Part shown: piece after piece, positions 28,560 through 38,933 of the stretch
Layout: each line of letters opens with the position of its first letter
How positions within the stretch are numbered: the first letter of the stretch is position 1
NCBI GenBank assembly: GCA_016841325.1
Contig: JAENZJ010000015.1
Location: forward strand, 13,655 to 77,654
Source: Thermincola ferriacetica
Lineage (GTDB): Bacteria > Bacillota > Thermincolia > Thermincolales > UBA2595
Direction of reading: 5' to 3'
Length of the DNA stretch: 64,000 bases
The notes under the pieces: model-generated
The model's input: the letters and a program-made list of their open reading frames with translations, nothing else
The model's database searches: none
Told to the model about the DNA's origin: nothing
Made by a program: the position numbers and the translations under genes

Positions 28560-29314
28560 TACCGGCTCACCTCCCCGGGTGTTTTGAATTCCCCAATGGG
28601 GAAATACGGAAGTATATTCTCCTCCAGCCACTTAATGGATTCAACAGGTGACAGACCCCAGTTGGTCGGACAGGTCGAGAGAATCTCGACAATGGCAAAA
28701 CCTTCTCCCTTTATTTGTACCTCAAAGGCCTTTTTTATCACTTTTTTAGCCTTAATAACATTGGCCGGGTTATGCACCGAAACCCTTGCCGAGTATGCCG
28801 TTCCGTCCAGCACAGCCAGCATTTCGGTAAGTTTTACCGGGTAACCGGCCATATTACTGTCCCTGCCTCCAGGAGTAGTTGTTGTCTTTTGTCCCACTAT
28901 TGTGGTCGGGGCCATCTGTCCGCCTGTCATTCCATAGATGCTGTTATTTACAAAGAGACAGCTGATCTTCTCACCCCTGGCAGCAGCATGCACTATTTCA
29001 GTGGTCCCGATTGCGGCAATATCACCGTCACCCTGCAGGGAAAAGACAACCTTATCGGGGTGTACTCTTTTGACCCCGGTAGCTACGGCCGGCGCCCTTC
29101 CGTGTGATGCCTGGTGAAAATCAACATCCCAGTAGTCATAGCAGAAAACAGCACACCCAACAGGGCCCACGGCAATTGTATTTTCCCTGATATCCAGTTC
29201 ATCAATTACTTCGGCTACCAGCCGCTGGATAATGCCATGTGTACACCCCGGGCAAAAATGCATTATTTTGTCAGTCATTGAAGCGGGTTTGGTAAACACC
29301 TTAGCAGCAGACAC
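28559..29314 (-). CDS. 2-oxoacid:ferredoxin oxidoreductase beta (TPP-binding) subunit
   Basis: FCPGCTHG, HGRAPAVATG, QGDGD, NNSIYGMTGGQ, STCPTNW. Confidence 0.93.
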   Translation of the reverse strand: MSAAKVFTKPASMTDKIMHFCPGCTHGIIQRLVAEVIDELDIRENTIAVGPVGCAVFCYDYWDVDFHQASHGRAPAVATGVKRVHPDKVVFSLQGDGDIAAIGTTEIVHAAARGEKISCLFVNNSIYGMTGGQMAPTTIVGQKTTTTPGGRDSNMAGYPVKLTEMLAVLDGTAYSARVSVHNPANVIKAKKVIKKAFEVQIKGEGFAIVEILSTCPTNWGLSPVESIKWLEENILPYFPIGEFKTPGEVSR

Positions 29315-30375
29315 TACCGGACACCCCCTTCAACTATTTTCTTCACTTCAGCATAAATCTCCGCTTTGGTCGGTACTATGCCGCCCGTCCTGCCGAGGAA
29401 ATGGACCGGTTTCCTGCCATTGACGGAAAGACGCACATCTTCCACCATCTGGCCGTTACTCATTTCTACTGTAAGGAAGGCATCGGCGTGTTCTGCCGCC
29501 TTGTAATACGGTTCATCCGGAAAAGGCCACAGGGTAACCGGTCTGATAAGTCCGGCCCTGATACCTTCATCCCTGGCCTGGTCGACAACAGCCTTACATA
29601 TCCTGGCAGTGGTCCCATATGCGGCCAGCACTATTTCAGTATCATCGGCAAAATATGATTCGTGTCTCTTTTCCACAGCTGCAATACGGTCATATTTTTC
29701 CTTGAGTTTGCGGCAGTGTTCTTCAAGTTCCTCAGGAACAATATACAGTGATGTTATCAGGTTTCTGGCCCTGCCCTTAGCACCTGTGGCCGCCCAGGGT
29801 TTTTCCGGACCTTTCCTGATCTCCTTTACCTTAAATTCTACCGGTTCCATCATCTGGCCCAGAATACCGTCACCCAATATCATAACCGGGTTGCGGTAGC
29901 GGTCTGCCAGTTCAAAGGCTTCAATGGTCAGGTCAACAAGTTCCTGGACTGATGCCGGGCCAAAGACAATCAGCCGGTAATCTCCATGGCCGCCTCCCTT
30001 GGTGGCCTGGAAATAGTCAGACTGGGCAGGGCCGATGTTTCCCAGGCCGGGTCCGCCCCTGACCATATTCACTATTACACATGGCAGTTCAGCTCCTGAA
30101 ATATAGGAAATGCCCTCCTGTTTCAGGCTTATCCCCGGCCCCGAAGATGAGGTCATAACCCTGGCACCCGAGCCGGCAGCGCCAAATACCATATTTATGG
30201 CTGATATTTCACTTTCGGCCTGCAAAAAAGTACCGCCAACCTCAGGCAGTCTTTTGGCCAGGTATTCGGGAATCTCATTCTGTGGGGTAATCGGATATCC
30301 GAAAAAGTATCTGCACCCGCCCAGGACAGCCGCTTCAGCAACTGCTTCATTTCCTTTCATGAGTACTTTGCTCAA
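29314..30375 (-). CDS. vorB: 2-oxoisovalerate (branched-chain 2-oxoacid):ferredoxin oxidoreductase alpha subunit
   Basis: FGYPITPQ, QAESE, TSSSGPG, RGGPGLG, TKGGGHG. Start at TTG 30375. Confidence 0.9.
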   Translation of the reverse strand: MSKVLMKGNEAVAEAAVLGGCRYFFGYPITPQNEIPEYLAKRLPEVGGTFLQAESEISAINMVFGAAGSGARVMTSSSGPGISLKQEGISYISGAELPCVIVNMVRGGPGLGNIGPAQSDYFQATKGGGHGDYRLIVFGPASVQELVDLTIEAFELADRYRNPVMILGDGILGQMMEPVEFKVKEIRKGPEKPWAATGAKGRARNLITSLYIVPEELEEHCRKLKEKYDRIAAVEKRHESYFADDTEIVLAAYGTTARICKAVVDQARDEGIRAGLIRPVTLWPFPDEPYYKAAEHADAFLTVEMSNGQMVEDVRLSVNGRKPVHFLGRTGGIVPTKAEIYAEVKKIVEGGVR

Positions 30376-30376
30376 T

Positions 30377-30595
30377 CTAACTCTCCTCCTTTTCCACTTC
30401 AATGGCGACATCTGGACACATCAACGCACACAAGGCACATCCTTTGCATTTTTCCATGTCACTTACCACTGCCGGGTGAAACCCGGAATTGTTCAGCTTT
30501 TTGGATAATTCTATCAACCCCTGTGGACATGCGGTAACACACAGCCCACAGCCCTTGCACCGGTCTTCGCAGATAATTGCCCTTCCCTTTGCCAT
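30377..30595 (-). CDS. 2[4Fe-4S] ferredoxin-type delta subunit
   Basis: CKGCGLCVTACP and CKGCALCALMCP; start at ATG 30595 after GGGAGG. Confidence 0.92.
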   Translation of the reverse strand: MAKGRAIICEDRCKGCGLCVTACPQGLIELSKKLNNSGFHPAVVSDMEKCKGCALCALMCPDVAIEVEKEES

Positions 30596-30816
30596 ATGCA
30601 ATCCTCCCTTCGGATGTCTTCTCATACTATTAAAAACAAAAACAAACCCCGGATATGTTAACAGAGGGGTTTGTTTAATTAATCTGTTTACACCACAACT
30701 TAATCTTCTCTGGTCCTTATTTCTGTTCACGAAGCTCCCCCCAGGCTGCGGAACACAAAATAAGGACAGACATTTTTTGACCACTTTTATTATTATAAAT
30801 CATAAAGACCCGTTTG

Positions 30817-31887
30817 TTAATAAGTTTTCGCTGATTCATCACCTGAAAGTACCCTGATGCCGCCACAGGCAAGGGCGTGCATTTCATCTTCACCGGGATA
30901 TACCCTGACCGGGGCAATAAACCCGACCCGTTCCTCTATCCACTTGACAAGCAGGCGGCTGTGAGCAATACCTCCTGTTATTAGTATGGCATCAACATTA
31001 CCCCTGAGTACTGCCGCACAGGCTCCGATTTCTTTACAGACCTGATACGCCATGGCCTCATATACCAGCCTGGCAATTTCATCCCCGTTTTCTATCCGTT
31101 TCTCCACTTCTGCAGCATCATTAGTACCCAGGTAAGCAGCCAATCCCGCATTACCAACCAGTTTTTTCCTGATATTCTCTTTGGAAAGACCGCTGTCGAA
31201 ACAGATATCCACCAGTTTCCCGGCAGGCACACCGCCGCTGCGTTCGGGGGAAAAGGGTCCGTCACCCGGAATGGCATTATTAACATCAATGACACAACCC
31301 CTCAGGTGAGCGCCAACCGATATCCCTCCACCAAGATGGGCCACAATAAAATTTACTTCTGTATAGTCTTCAGCCATTTCTTCAGCCGCCCTTCTGGCCA
31401 CAGCTTTCTGGTTCAGGGCATGAAAAAGGCTTTCCCGGGGATTTTCCGGCATGCCGGAGATCCTGGCTATTGGTTCCATTTCATCAACACAGACCGGGTC
31501 CACGATAAATGCCGGAACAGAAAGTTCTTCCGCAATTGCATTGGCTATCAGTCCCCCCAGGTTGGAAGCATGTGAGCCACGCCGTTCTTCCCTAAGGTCG
31601 CGCAGCATTTTTTTATTGACCAGGTAAGTTCCCCCAGGTACCGGCTTCAGGAGCCCGCCCCTGCCCACAACTGCATCAGTTTTACCGGCATCTGTCCCTG
31701 ATTTTCTGAAACTGTCCTTTACAATTTCCAGCCTGTATTCAAACTGGTCGATTATTTTGGCATATCGTTCCAGATCCTTTGTGCTGTGCCTGACAGTTTC
31801 CGAATAAACAGGTTTAATGTCCTTAAATACAGCAATTTTTGTGGATGTGGAACCAGGATTTATAATCAGCTGCAAATAATCTTTCAC
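30817..31887 (-). CDS. buk: Butyrate (branched-chain acyl) kinase
   Basis: INPGSTSTK, GRGG, HASNLG, HALNQKAV, HLGGGISVG, LITGG, YPGEDEM. Confidence 0.95.
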   Translation of the reverse strand: MKDYLQLIINPGSTSTKIAVFKDIKPVYSETVRHSTKDLERYAKIIDQFEYRLEIVKDSFRKSGTDAGKTDAVVGRGGLLKPVPGGTYLVNKKMLRDLREERRGSHASNLGGLIANAIAEELSVPAFIVDPVCVDEMEPIARISGMPENPRESLFHALNQKAVARRAAEEMAEDYTEVNFIVAHLGGGISVGAHLRGCVIDVNNAIPGDGPFSPERSGGVPAGKLVDICFDSGLSKENIRKKLVGNAGLAAYLGTNDAAEVEKRIENGDEIARLVYEAMAYQVCKEIGACAAVLRGNVDAILITGGIAHSRLLVKWIEERVGFIAPVRVYPGEDEMHALACGGIRVLSGDESAKTY

Positions 31888-32034
31888 TACAGATACACAA
31901 CCCTTCTGATTAGTATTATTGGTCTCACTGATAGATTAGTCTCCTGATAAAAAAACCGTTTTATACAATTTGCCAAAAAATTAAGTTGTGTTCACACACA
32001 ACTTAATTTCAACAAAATCTTTTCCATTCCTCTG

Positions 32035-32988
32035 TCAAACCGCTTTCAGTCCGTCATTGGCTTTTGGTTTGTTGCTTTTGCCGGATTCACCTTTACTGGT
32101 CATCAATACGCCCAAAGCCACAGAAACCAGTTTGGCTTCATGGGAGTCAGCTCTTGAGGTCAGGATAACCGGAGCCTGTGCCCCCATTACCAGTCCCGTT
32201 ATCTTTGCCCCTCCCAGGAAAACCAGGGCTTTATATAAAACGTTGGCCGCATCTATATTGGCCAGCACAAGAATATCGGCCTGACCAGCCACCGGACTGG
32301 TCACTCCTTTGGCACGGGCAGATTCCCTGGACAGGGCTAAGTCCAGGGCTAAGGGTCCGTCAATGATACAATCCCCGATCTGCCCCCTCTCTGCCATTTT
32401 AGAGAGGAGAGCAGCATCGACAGTGCTCGGCATGTCCGGGTTGACCAGTTCCACACCGGCAATGACAGCAACCTTTGGTTGCTCTATCTTCAGGGCTTTG
32501 GCCACATGGACGGCATGCTTTACCATATCCACCTTCTGTTCAAAAGTTGGCATGATATTCATCCCGGCATCAGTCATCAGCATTAACCTGTCATAACCCG
32601 GTGACTCAAACACTGCCACATGTGTAAGTACACTTCCGGTACGCAGCCCTATATTCTTATCCAGGACCGCTTTCAGGATCACAGGTGACTGCACAGCGCC
32701 TTTCATCAGCATATCGGCTTTTCCGGCATGAACCATAAGTACAGCTCTTTTCACTGCTTCTTCATTATCAGGTTCGTGGACCAGCTCAAATTTATTTATG
32801 TCAACTTTTCTTTCAAGGGCAATCCTGGCCATCTCCACAGTATCCCCTACCAGAACGGCATCAGCTATACCGCTGTTCTGGCACTCCCTGGCAGCCTCCA
32901 AAACTTCTCCGTCCTGAGCCACTGCAATGGCAACCTTTTTTGGGGGGCACTTTTTAGCTGCTTCAAGTATTTCCGCAAAGGTTCGCAT
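32035..32988 (-). CDS. ptb: Phosphate butyryltransferase
   Basis: LMKG, MTDAGMN, DGPLALDLA, LTSRADS. Confidence 0.93.
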   Translation of the reverse strand: MRTFAEILEAAKKCPPKKVAIAVAQDGEVLEAARECQNSGIADAVLVGDTVEMARIALERKVDINKFELVHEPDNEEAVKRAVLMVHAGKADMLMKGAVQSPVILKAVLDKNIGLRTGSVLTHVAVFESPGYDRLMLMTDAGMNIMPTFEQKVDMVKHAVHVAKALKIEQPKVAVIAGVELVNPDMPSTVDAALLSKMAERGQIGDCIIDGPLALDLALSRESARAKGVTSPVAGQADILVLANIDAANVLYKALVFLGGAKITGLVMGAQAPVILTSRADSHEAKLVSVALGVLMTSKGESGKSNKPKANDGLKAV

Positions 32989-33063
32989 GATCTTGCACCT
33001 CTCTTTTACTGCAGTATTAAATCAAATATCCCACACACAACTGCTTTTTCAGTTATATCTAAA

Positions 33064-33080
33064 TGCAATAATCATGCCAA
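33064..33080 (-). promoter_or_regulatory. Sigma54 (-24/-12) promoter of ptb-buk-vor operon
   Basis: TTGGCATGATTATTGCA fits TGGCA-N6-TTGC. Confidence 0.85.
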
Positions 33081-33162
33081 CTTTTCTTTTTGCTTGAAAC
33101 CCTTATGATACGCTTATAAAACAGTATTTTACCCCAATTATTGTACTACATCTGTAGTATGT

Positions 33163-33211
33163 GTGCAATTATTCACATGCATCTCGGCTCCCTTGCATGC
33201 ATTTTTTTGCA
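33163..33211. promoter_or_regulatory. Probable upstream activator sites for the BkdR-like EBP
   Basis: TGCAATTATTCACA and TGCATTTTTTTGCA, about 85-130 bp upstream of the sigma54 promoter. Confidence 0.5.
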
Positions 33212-33313
33212 ACTTTTTTACTATATATTTAAGAACTTTGGGTTAATTGTATTTGTAGTCATCGTGAAGGAATATGTCTGTCCCTCCCCGCCTGATTCAA
33301 AAATTGTAATCAA

Positions 33314-35071
33314 TCAACCGATCCCATGTTTCTCCAATTTATAGTAAAGACTTCTGATGGCAATGCCAAGCTCCCTGGCAGCCATCGTTTTATTGCCTCC
33401 GGTTTTCTGCAGCGCCCTTTCCAGGACCCTTTTTTCAGCAGCATTCAGGATTTCCCCAAGTGTTCCTTCAAGTTCAGGGAAACCCAGCTCCTTTTCAATG
33501 CCGTGGTCCTCAGTCTTCCAGTGCGGGCGCTCACCTTTTCCCAGAACAGGCACGTGATGGGGCATTATTGTATCTTCATTGTAATTCATATTTATTATGG
33601 TCCTGCCAACCACATTTTCCAGCTCCCTGACATTGCCCGGCCAGTCGTAGGCAGTAAGCATATCAATGACGCGGGGGTCTATTTTGGCAACCTTGCGTCC
33701 ATATTCCTGCCCCAGTTTTTTTCTGAAATGAGCTGTTAAAAGGGGAATGTCTTCCTTACGGCCCCGGAGTGGAGGTACAAAAACAGGGACAACATTAAGC
33801 CTGTAGTATAAGTCCTCCCTGAACGTACCTTCACTTATTCTCTGCTCCAGGTTTGCATTTGTAGCTGTGATCAGCCTTACATCTATCTGGACCGGTTTGC
33901 TGCCTCCGACCCTGACTATTTCCCGTTCCTGCAGAACTCTAAGCAGCTTTGCCTGGACTGCCAGATTGATTTCTCCGATCTCGTCAAGAAAAATGGTTCC
34001 TCCGCCGGCTTCTTCAAAGTAACCTTTTCTGCCGCCTTTAACTGCGCCGGTAAAGGCGCCCTCCTCATATCCGAAGAGTTCACTTTCAAGCAGAGATTCT
34101 GCAATGGCAGCACAATTGACCCTGACAAAGGGCCCCCGTGACCTGGCGCTGGCATTATGAATGGCATGGGCAAACAATTCTTTACCGGTACCGCTTTCTC
34201 CCCTTAGGAGAACTGTTACAGGTGTATCGGCGGCATGCCTGGCCTGAGATATTGCAGATTTAACCAGCTCACTCTCACCGATAATGTCATCAAAGGTATA
34301 TTTGGCAGTCATCCGCCTGATCAGGCTTTTGGCATGTTCAAGCTCTTCGGTGAGCTTCCTGATCTCGGAGATGTCGTGGATAATCCCTACACTGCCCTTT
34401 AATTTCCCGTCGATAATAACCGGGGCAACATTTACCACAACGGCTTTTTTGTTTTTGCCTACCTTCATTGAAACCCCGCGGACAGGTTTCCTGGTCTCCA
34501 GTACCTTCATATGCATGCTTTCACCTTCAGCGATATCGACAGTACTGGGCTGGTTAATGACATCCTCCTCATTAAGGCCGGTTATTCTGGTATATGCCGG
34601 ATTTATAAGGATTTGACGCCCCTGTTCATTGACAACCGAAATAGCGTCATCAGTAGAATAGAGTATGGCTTCCAAAAGGCTCCTGACTTCTTTCAACTCA
34701 TCAATCTGCCTGACAAGATCTTTCATTTCGGTAATATCCCGGAAAACTGCAACTGCACCGGTTACTTTTCCCGAATGCTCCTTTATGGGGACCCGGTTGG
34801 TAATAATAGTGGCTTCCCCTATTTTTTGCTGCCTGTTAAGTTCCGGCTCACCGGTCTTGAGGACATGTGGAAGCCTGGTGTTTGGGATAACCTCTTTAAC
34901 AGGCCTGCCTTTAACAGCCTTTGCAGCCAGGCCTGTAATCCGTTCAGCTGCCGGATTAAAAACCGTGATCCGTGCCGCATTGTCCACAGCAATAACAGCA
35001 TCATTAGTTGTTTTCAGGATCACATCCAGTGCTGCTTCACTGTTATTTAGTTCCATCATCCTTCCCCCCAA
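33314..35071 (-). CDS. bkdR: Sigma54-dependent activator with 2 PAS domains (BkdR-like)
   Basis: [38 protein letters not shown]-terminal HTH; directly upstream of ptb. Confidence 0.85.
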   Translation of the reverse strand: MGGRMMELNNSEAALDVILKTTNDAVIAVDNAARITVFNPAAERITGLAAKAVKGRPVKEVIPNTRLPHVLKTGEPELNRQQKIGEATIITNRVPIKEHSGKVTGAVAVFRDITEMKDLVRQIDELKEVRSLLEAILYSTDDAISVVNEQGRQILINPAYTRITGLNEEDVINQPSTVDIAEGESMHMKVLETRKPVRGVSMKVGKNKKAVVVNVAPVIIDGKLKGSVGIIHDISEIRKLTEELEHAKSLIRRMTAKYTFDDIIGESELVKSAISQARHAADTPVTVLLRGESGTGKELFAHAIHNASARSRGPFVRVNCAAIAESLLESELFGYEEGAFTGAVKGGRKGYFEEAGGGTIFLDEIGEINLAVQAKLLRVLQEREIVRVGGSKPVQIDVRLITATNANLEQRISEGTFREDLYYRLNVVPVFVPPLRGRKEDIPLLTAHFRKKLGQEYGRKVAKIDPRVIDMLTAYDWPGNVRELENVVGRTIINMNYNEDTIMPHHVPVLGKGERPHWKTEDHGIEKELGFPELEGTLGEILNAAEKRVLERALQKTGGNKTMAARELGIAIRSLYYKLEKHGIG

Positions 35072-35195
35072 TGAAGGCCATTGGCCAAACAGCCGGTTTA
35101 CACCCGGCCTGATAACACTACTATTAATTGTATTCTTTTTAAACTTGCAATTTCCTGCATAGTATCACCTGGTTCCATGTCTATTTTTGCATATT

Positions 35196-36050
35196 TTAGC
35201 GCCGTCCCATCATATCTATGTAAGTCAGGACTTTGTTTTTCTCAATGATCTTAGTTAGTGAATACTTTTCAGTGAGCAAATGGAAGCCCAGTAATAACAC
35301 AAGCAGTCCGGAGCGGAACGGGATACTCAGCAGTGCCACTGCCGTGAGTCCGAGGGCTATACCCAGCACATTGGAACCGGTATCACCCATCATAGCCCTG
35401 GCTTTCAGGTCAGCGGGCAGGTACGCCAGCAGGCTTCCCGCAACCACAGTCAGGTAAAGTAAATATTCTTCGGCAGGTTCCGGATTAAAGAGGTATCCTG
35501 TGGCAGTTACAAGTATCGCTGCCAACAAAAAACCCTTGGCAGCCCTGCCCGGCCTGAGGTCCAGAAGGTTTACCGCATTAGTTGATAAGGCAATAACAGC
35601 AGAATTCAGCAAAAGCAGCACCCACTTGTCAAAGCCTGCCCCGGATACTGTCTGCAGTCCGGCCAGGATAGCAATCAATCCACCGGCCAATGCCTTTAGA
35701 GCTCCGGTGGTTAATTCTTTTTCCAACAGCAGTTTTTTAAAGTGCCCCTTCAGCCCTGTAGCATGCCTGGTTCCAAAAATATCATCAATAAGTCCGAACA
35801 GACACATCCCGCCTGTGGCAAAAAGGAATACATAAACACCCTGGCTGACCCAGCCCATGGCGGCAGCCCCCGTCAGGGTTATTACAGCTGCAAAAAAGAA
35901 AACCATTCCGGCTCCAAGGGGAATCTCTTCTTTGCGGTAATTTGGTCTTACAAAACCTGCTTCTGTCAGCATCGCCATAACCTGTGGAAGTATTTGCCTG
36001 GTTATGGCAAAAGAAACAGCCATCAGGACTGCAATATAAATCATAGTCAT
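35196..36050 (-). CDS. Glycosyltransferase family 4 (MraY/WecA-like) membrane protein
   Basis: GLIDD, NAVNLLDLRPGRA, MMGDTGSNVLG. Start at ATG 36050. Confidence 0.85.
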   Translation of the reverse strand: MTMIYIAVLMAVSFAITRQILPQVMAMLTEAGFVRPNYRKEEIPLGAGMVFFFAAVITLTGAAAMGWVSQGVYVFLFATGGMCLFGLIDDIFGTRHATGLKGHFKKLLLEKELTTGALKALAGGLIAILAGLQTVSGAGFDKWVLLLLNSAVIALSTNAVNLLDLRPGRAAKGFLLAAILVTATGYLFNPEPAEEYLLYLTVVAGSLLAYLPADLKARAMMGDTGSNVLGIALGLTAVALLSIPFRSGLLVLLLGFHLLTEKYSLTKIIEKNKVLTYIDMMGRR

Positions 36051-36057
36051 AAATCTG

Positions 36058-36744
36058 TCACCTCTTAACCGCGCACCGGGCCAACACCCTGAACACATGC
36101 ACAAACTGCTTGCCGCGGTGTAAAAAACCGCGCAGGTCCCTGCCAGTTTCAGCATGGGTCATATTTACCTCAACCTCCATGATTGAAAAACCTTTTCTGG
36201 AGGCCTGAATTGTCATTCCGACCTCAACCCCAAAACCGGATTCAAATCCACCCAGAGCAGCAATCACTTCCTTCTTCATTACCCGCTGCCCCGATAATGG
36301 AGCCATTACCTCCAAGCCTGTATAAAACCTGATTCCCCCGCGTGCCAGCCCTTTGACCAGTCCAAAACCGCCCTTTTTTCGCGCCCGGGGAAACCTAGCA
36401 ACCGTCATGTCTGCCCTGCCTTCCAAAACAGGTACAATCAGTTTTCTCACCTCAACAGCGGTAGCTCCAAGGTCTGCGTCAACCAAAGCGATTATGTCAC
36501 TATTTACATGTTCCATTCCCTTATTTAGAGCCCCGCCCTTACCAACATTTTTAGGCATTGAAATAACCACAGCCCCCGCCTCAACCGCAAGTTGGGCGGT
36601 ATTATCGGCGGAGGCATCATCAACTACAATTATTTCATTTACTTCCGGAATACTGCTTACTGCTGAAACCGTTTCGAAGATATACTTTTCTTCATTGTAG
36701 GCCGGAATCAGAACCGAAACTTTGCTTTGGGCCACTTGTTTCAC
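36058..36744 (-). CDS. Glycosyltransferase family 2
   Basis: VLIPAYNEE, VVDDASAD, GKGGAL, VDAD, PLSGQR. Confidence 0.92.
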   Translation of the reverse strand: MKQVAQSKVSVLIPAYNEEKYIFETVSAVSSIPEVNEIIVVDDASADNTAQLAVEAGAVVISMPKNVGKGGALNKGMEHVNSDIIALVDADLGATAVEVRKLIVPVLEGRADMTVARFPRARKKGGFGLVKGLARGGIRFYTGLEVMAPLSGQRVMKKEVIAALGGFESGFGVEVGMTIQASRKGFSIMEVEVNMTHAETGRDLRGFLHRGKQFVHVFRVLARCAVKR

Positions 36745-36746
36745 TC

Positions 36747-37631
36747 CTATTGCAATTCGGGCATAAGCTGCCTTGCAGTGGTCTTAATACCATAGTTACC
36801 GGGTTTGCCATAGACTGACATCACCAGCGACAATTGTCCCGGAATCATGTCAATATTATCAATGGTTGTGACTTTCAGCCTTTGATATTCCTTCATATAA
36901 GAGTATGCCACATCACTGGTTTCTACTCCGTAAACAGGAACATTCCGTTCCAGGAAATAGTTCATCATTGGTAAATCAAAGTTGGCACAACGGTCTCCAA
37001 ATTCCTCCTGGCTGCCTCCGACAAAAACCACTCCATCTATGGGAACTCCATATTCCCCGGAATTTTGTATTAATCCCAACTGTTCAAAATATTGCAGGTT
37101 TTCCAGGTTCTGAGCACTTATAACCCCTTCAGCTATTTCCCTGGCCAATTCCCTGGAAACAGCCGCCTCAGTATCATCTTTAAGCATCAATTTTGTTTTG
37201 ATGCTTGTCCTGATATCTTTCTGACTGAGATCAAAACCTTCAAGAACAGAAGTAACAGAAACAACATTAGCTCCTGCCATGCGAAGTGTTTCAATCCAAT
37301 CTTCATGAAAACCATAACTATTTGTTTCTATTACGGCTATCTGCTTATCAGTAAGTTTCCCGGTAAAAAGTACCGGGAGAATCTGTTTTTCAAACTGCTT
37401 ACTTATATTTAATGCTGATTTATAAGCCTCAATTTCTTCCTGAGCTACCTTGTGGTCCTGTCTCATCTGTTCAAAGTCCCGGTTCAGGTTATTAACAATT
37501 TGTTTTTGCTGCTGTATTATAGCTTCATTGACATTATCACCCAAAAAAGATGATCCCACCAGAATGCCAATACCCAGGGCCAAAAATACTGCAACAAGTG
37601 AGGCAACATGGTACTTGAAGTCAATAATCAT
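36747..37631 (-). CDS. steB: SteB/MctB ('copper transporter', DUF3186) family protein
   Basis: MIIDFKYHVASLVAVFLALGIGILVG, coiled coil, TTIDNID; follows steA. Confidence 0.82.
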   Translation of the reverse strand: MIIDFKYHVASLVAVFLALGIGILVGSSFLGDNVNEAIIQQQKQIVNNLNRDFEQMRQDHKVAQEEIEAYKSALNISKQFEKQILPVLFTGKLTDKQIAVIETNSYGFHEDWIETLRMAGANVVSVTSVLEGFDLSQKDIRTSIKTKLMLKDDTEAAVSRELAREIAEGVISAQNLENLQYFEQLGLIQNSGEYGVPIDGVVFVGGSQEEFGDRCANFDLPMMNYFLERNVPVYGVETSDVAYSYMKEYQRLKVTTIDNIDMIPGQLSLVMSVYGKPGNYGIKTTARQLMPELQ

Positions 37632-37666
37632 TTAAATGCCTCCCTATCGGACTAAAAAGTGTTCTG

Positions 37667-38791
37667 TCAGACTCCAAAGACTATTTTAAGCTTCAGCCAC
37701 ACCACCCTGAGGAACTGTCTGGTAACCGGAAACTGATAAGCCACAATAGCAAATGTAACCGATGCTGCTGCTACCAGTTCCGCCAGGTATCTGAATTTGA
37801 CCTTGCTCTTGTAGAGCCTGTTTACCCCTTTGGCATCCACCAATATGGACCCAACCTTCAGGCGGACCAGAAAAGTGCTGGCCATACCCTTCCTGCCCTT
37901 TTCCAGAAAGTCGATCATATTTGAATGGGTCCCCAATGCTACGATTAAATCAGTCCCCTTGTGGTAAGCCAGTAACATAGCTATATCTTCACTGGTACCC
38001 GGAGCAGGGAAGGTGACAGCATCCAGGCCCAGTTCGGTAATCCTGGCCAAACCGGGCGCTCTCCCATCAGAATATGCGTGTACGATTATTTCGGCACCAC
38101 ACCTGAGGGTTTCATCACTAATACTGTCCATGTCCCCGATAATGATATCCGGTTTGTAGCCAAACTCACGCAGGGCATCAGCCCCTCCGTCAACACCTAT
38201 GAGTACCGGCCTTACTTCATGAATATATGACCTGAGAGCGGCAAGGTCATCTTTGTAATTCTGGCCCCTGACAACAATTAAAGTATGCCTGCCTTTAAAT
38301 AATGTTTTTGTTTCCGGGACTTTTATGTCGCCAAGCAAAAACTCCTGTTCCTGTTTTGCGTATTCAATAGTATTCTGGACAAATTTTTCCAAAACCATAC
38401 CAATATTTTTCTTGGTATATTCCATTTCTTTTTCAACTTTGTCAACAGTCAGTACCTCACCAAAGGTTTGCCAGACACCTGGAAGTGATAACCTGTTATC
38501 GGAAATCTCAACAGTATCTCCTTCCTGAACCTTATCCATTACTTCCAGGCCCACGTTATCCAACAGGTAAATGCCTGCCTTCACCAGCGCCAGCGGACCC
38601 AGATTGGGATACTTCTCACTTATAGAGGTGGAGGCATTAACAACTGCTTTTACCTTGGCATCAATCAGCGCCTGGGCACTGACTTCATCAAGGTCCTGAT
38701 GGTTAATAATCGCAATTTCACCTGGTTGCAGCCTTTTGACAAGGTGTTTTGTCTTCCGGTCAATCCGTGCGGTTCCTCGGATAACACCCAT
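37667..38791 (-). CDS. steA: Putative cytokinetic ring protein SteA (thiamine pyrophosphokinase-like domain)
   Basis: DRKTKHLVKRL, HQDLD, YPNLGP, VVRG, LIGVDGGADAL, IIGDMDS, GTSEDIAMLLA, ASTFLVRL. Confidence 0.88.
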   Translation of the reverse strand: MGVIRGTARIDRKTKHLVKRLQPGEIAIINHQDLDEVSAQALIDAKVKAVVNASTSISEKYPNLGPLALVKAGIYLLDNVGLEVMDKVQEGDTVEISDNRLSLPGVWQTFGEVLTVDKVEKEMEYTKKNIGMVLEKFVQNTIEYAKQEQEFLLGDIKVPETKTLFKGRHTLIVVRGQNYKDDLAALRSYIHEVRPVLIGVDGGADALREFGYKPDIIIGDMDSISDETLRCGAEIIVHAYSDGRAPGLARITELGLDAVTFPAPGTSEDIAMLLAYHKGTDLIVALGTHSNMIDFLEKGRKGMASTFLVRLKVGSILVDAKGVNRLYKSKVKFRYLAELVAAASVTFAIVAYQFPVTRQFLRVVWLKLKIVFGV

Positions 38792-38904
38792 GGTATTTCA
38801 CCTTTTTCTGAGAAAAAATATAACTCCACACCAACATTAGGATATTTCTAATTTACAATTGTACAATATTTAATTTATATAAGCAAGCAAACAATCCACA
38901 ATAA

Positions 38905-38930
38905 GAAAACCTGACAAAGGTCAGGTTTTC
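38905..38930 (-). terminator. Terminator after spo0A
   Basis: GAAAACCTGAC-AAAG-GTCAGGTTTTC. Confidence 0.75.
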
Positions 38931-38933
38931 CTA

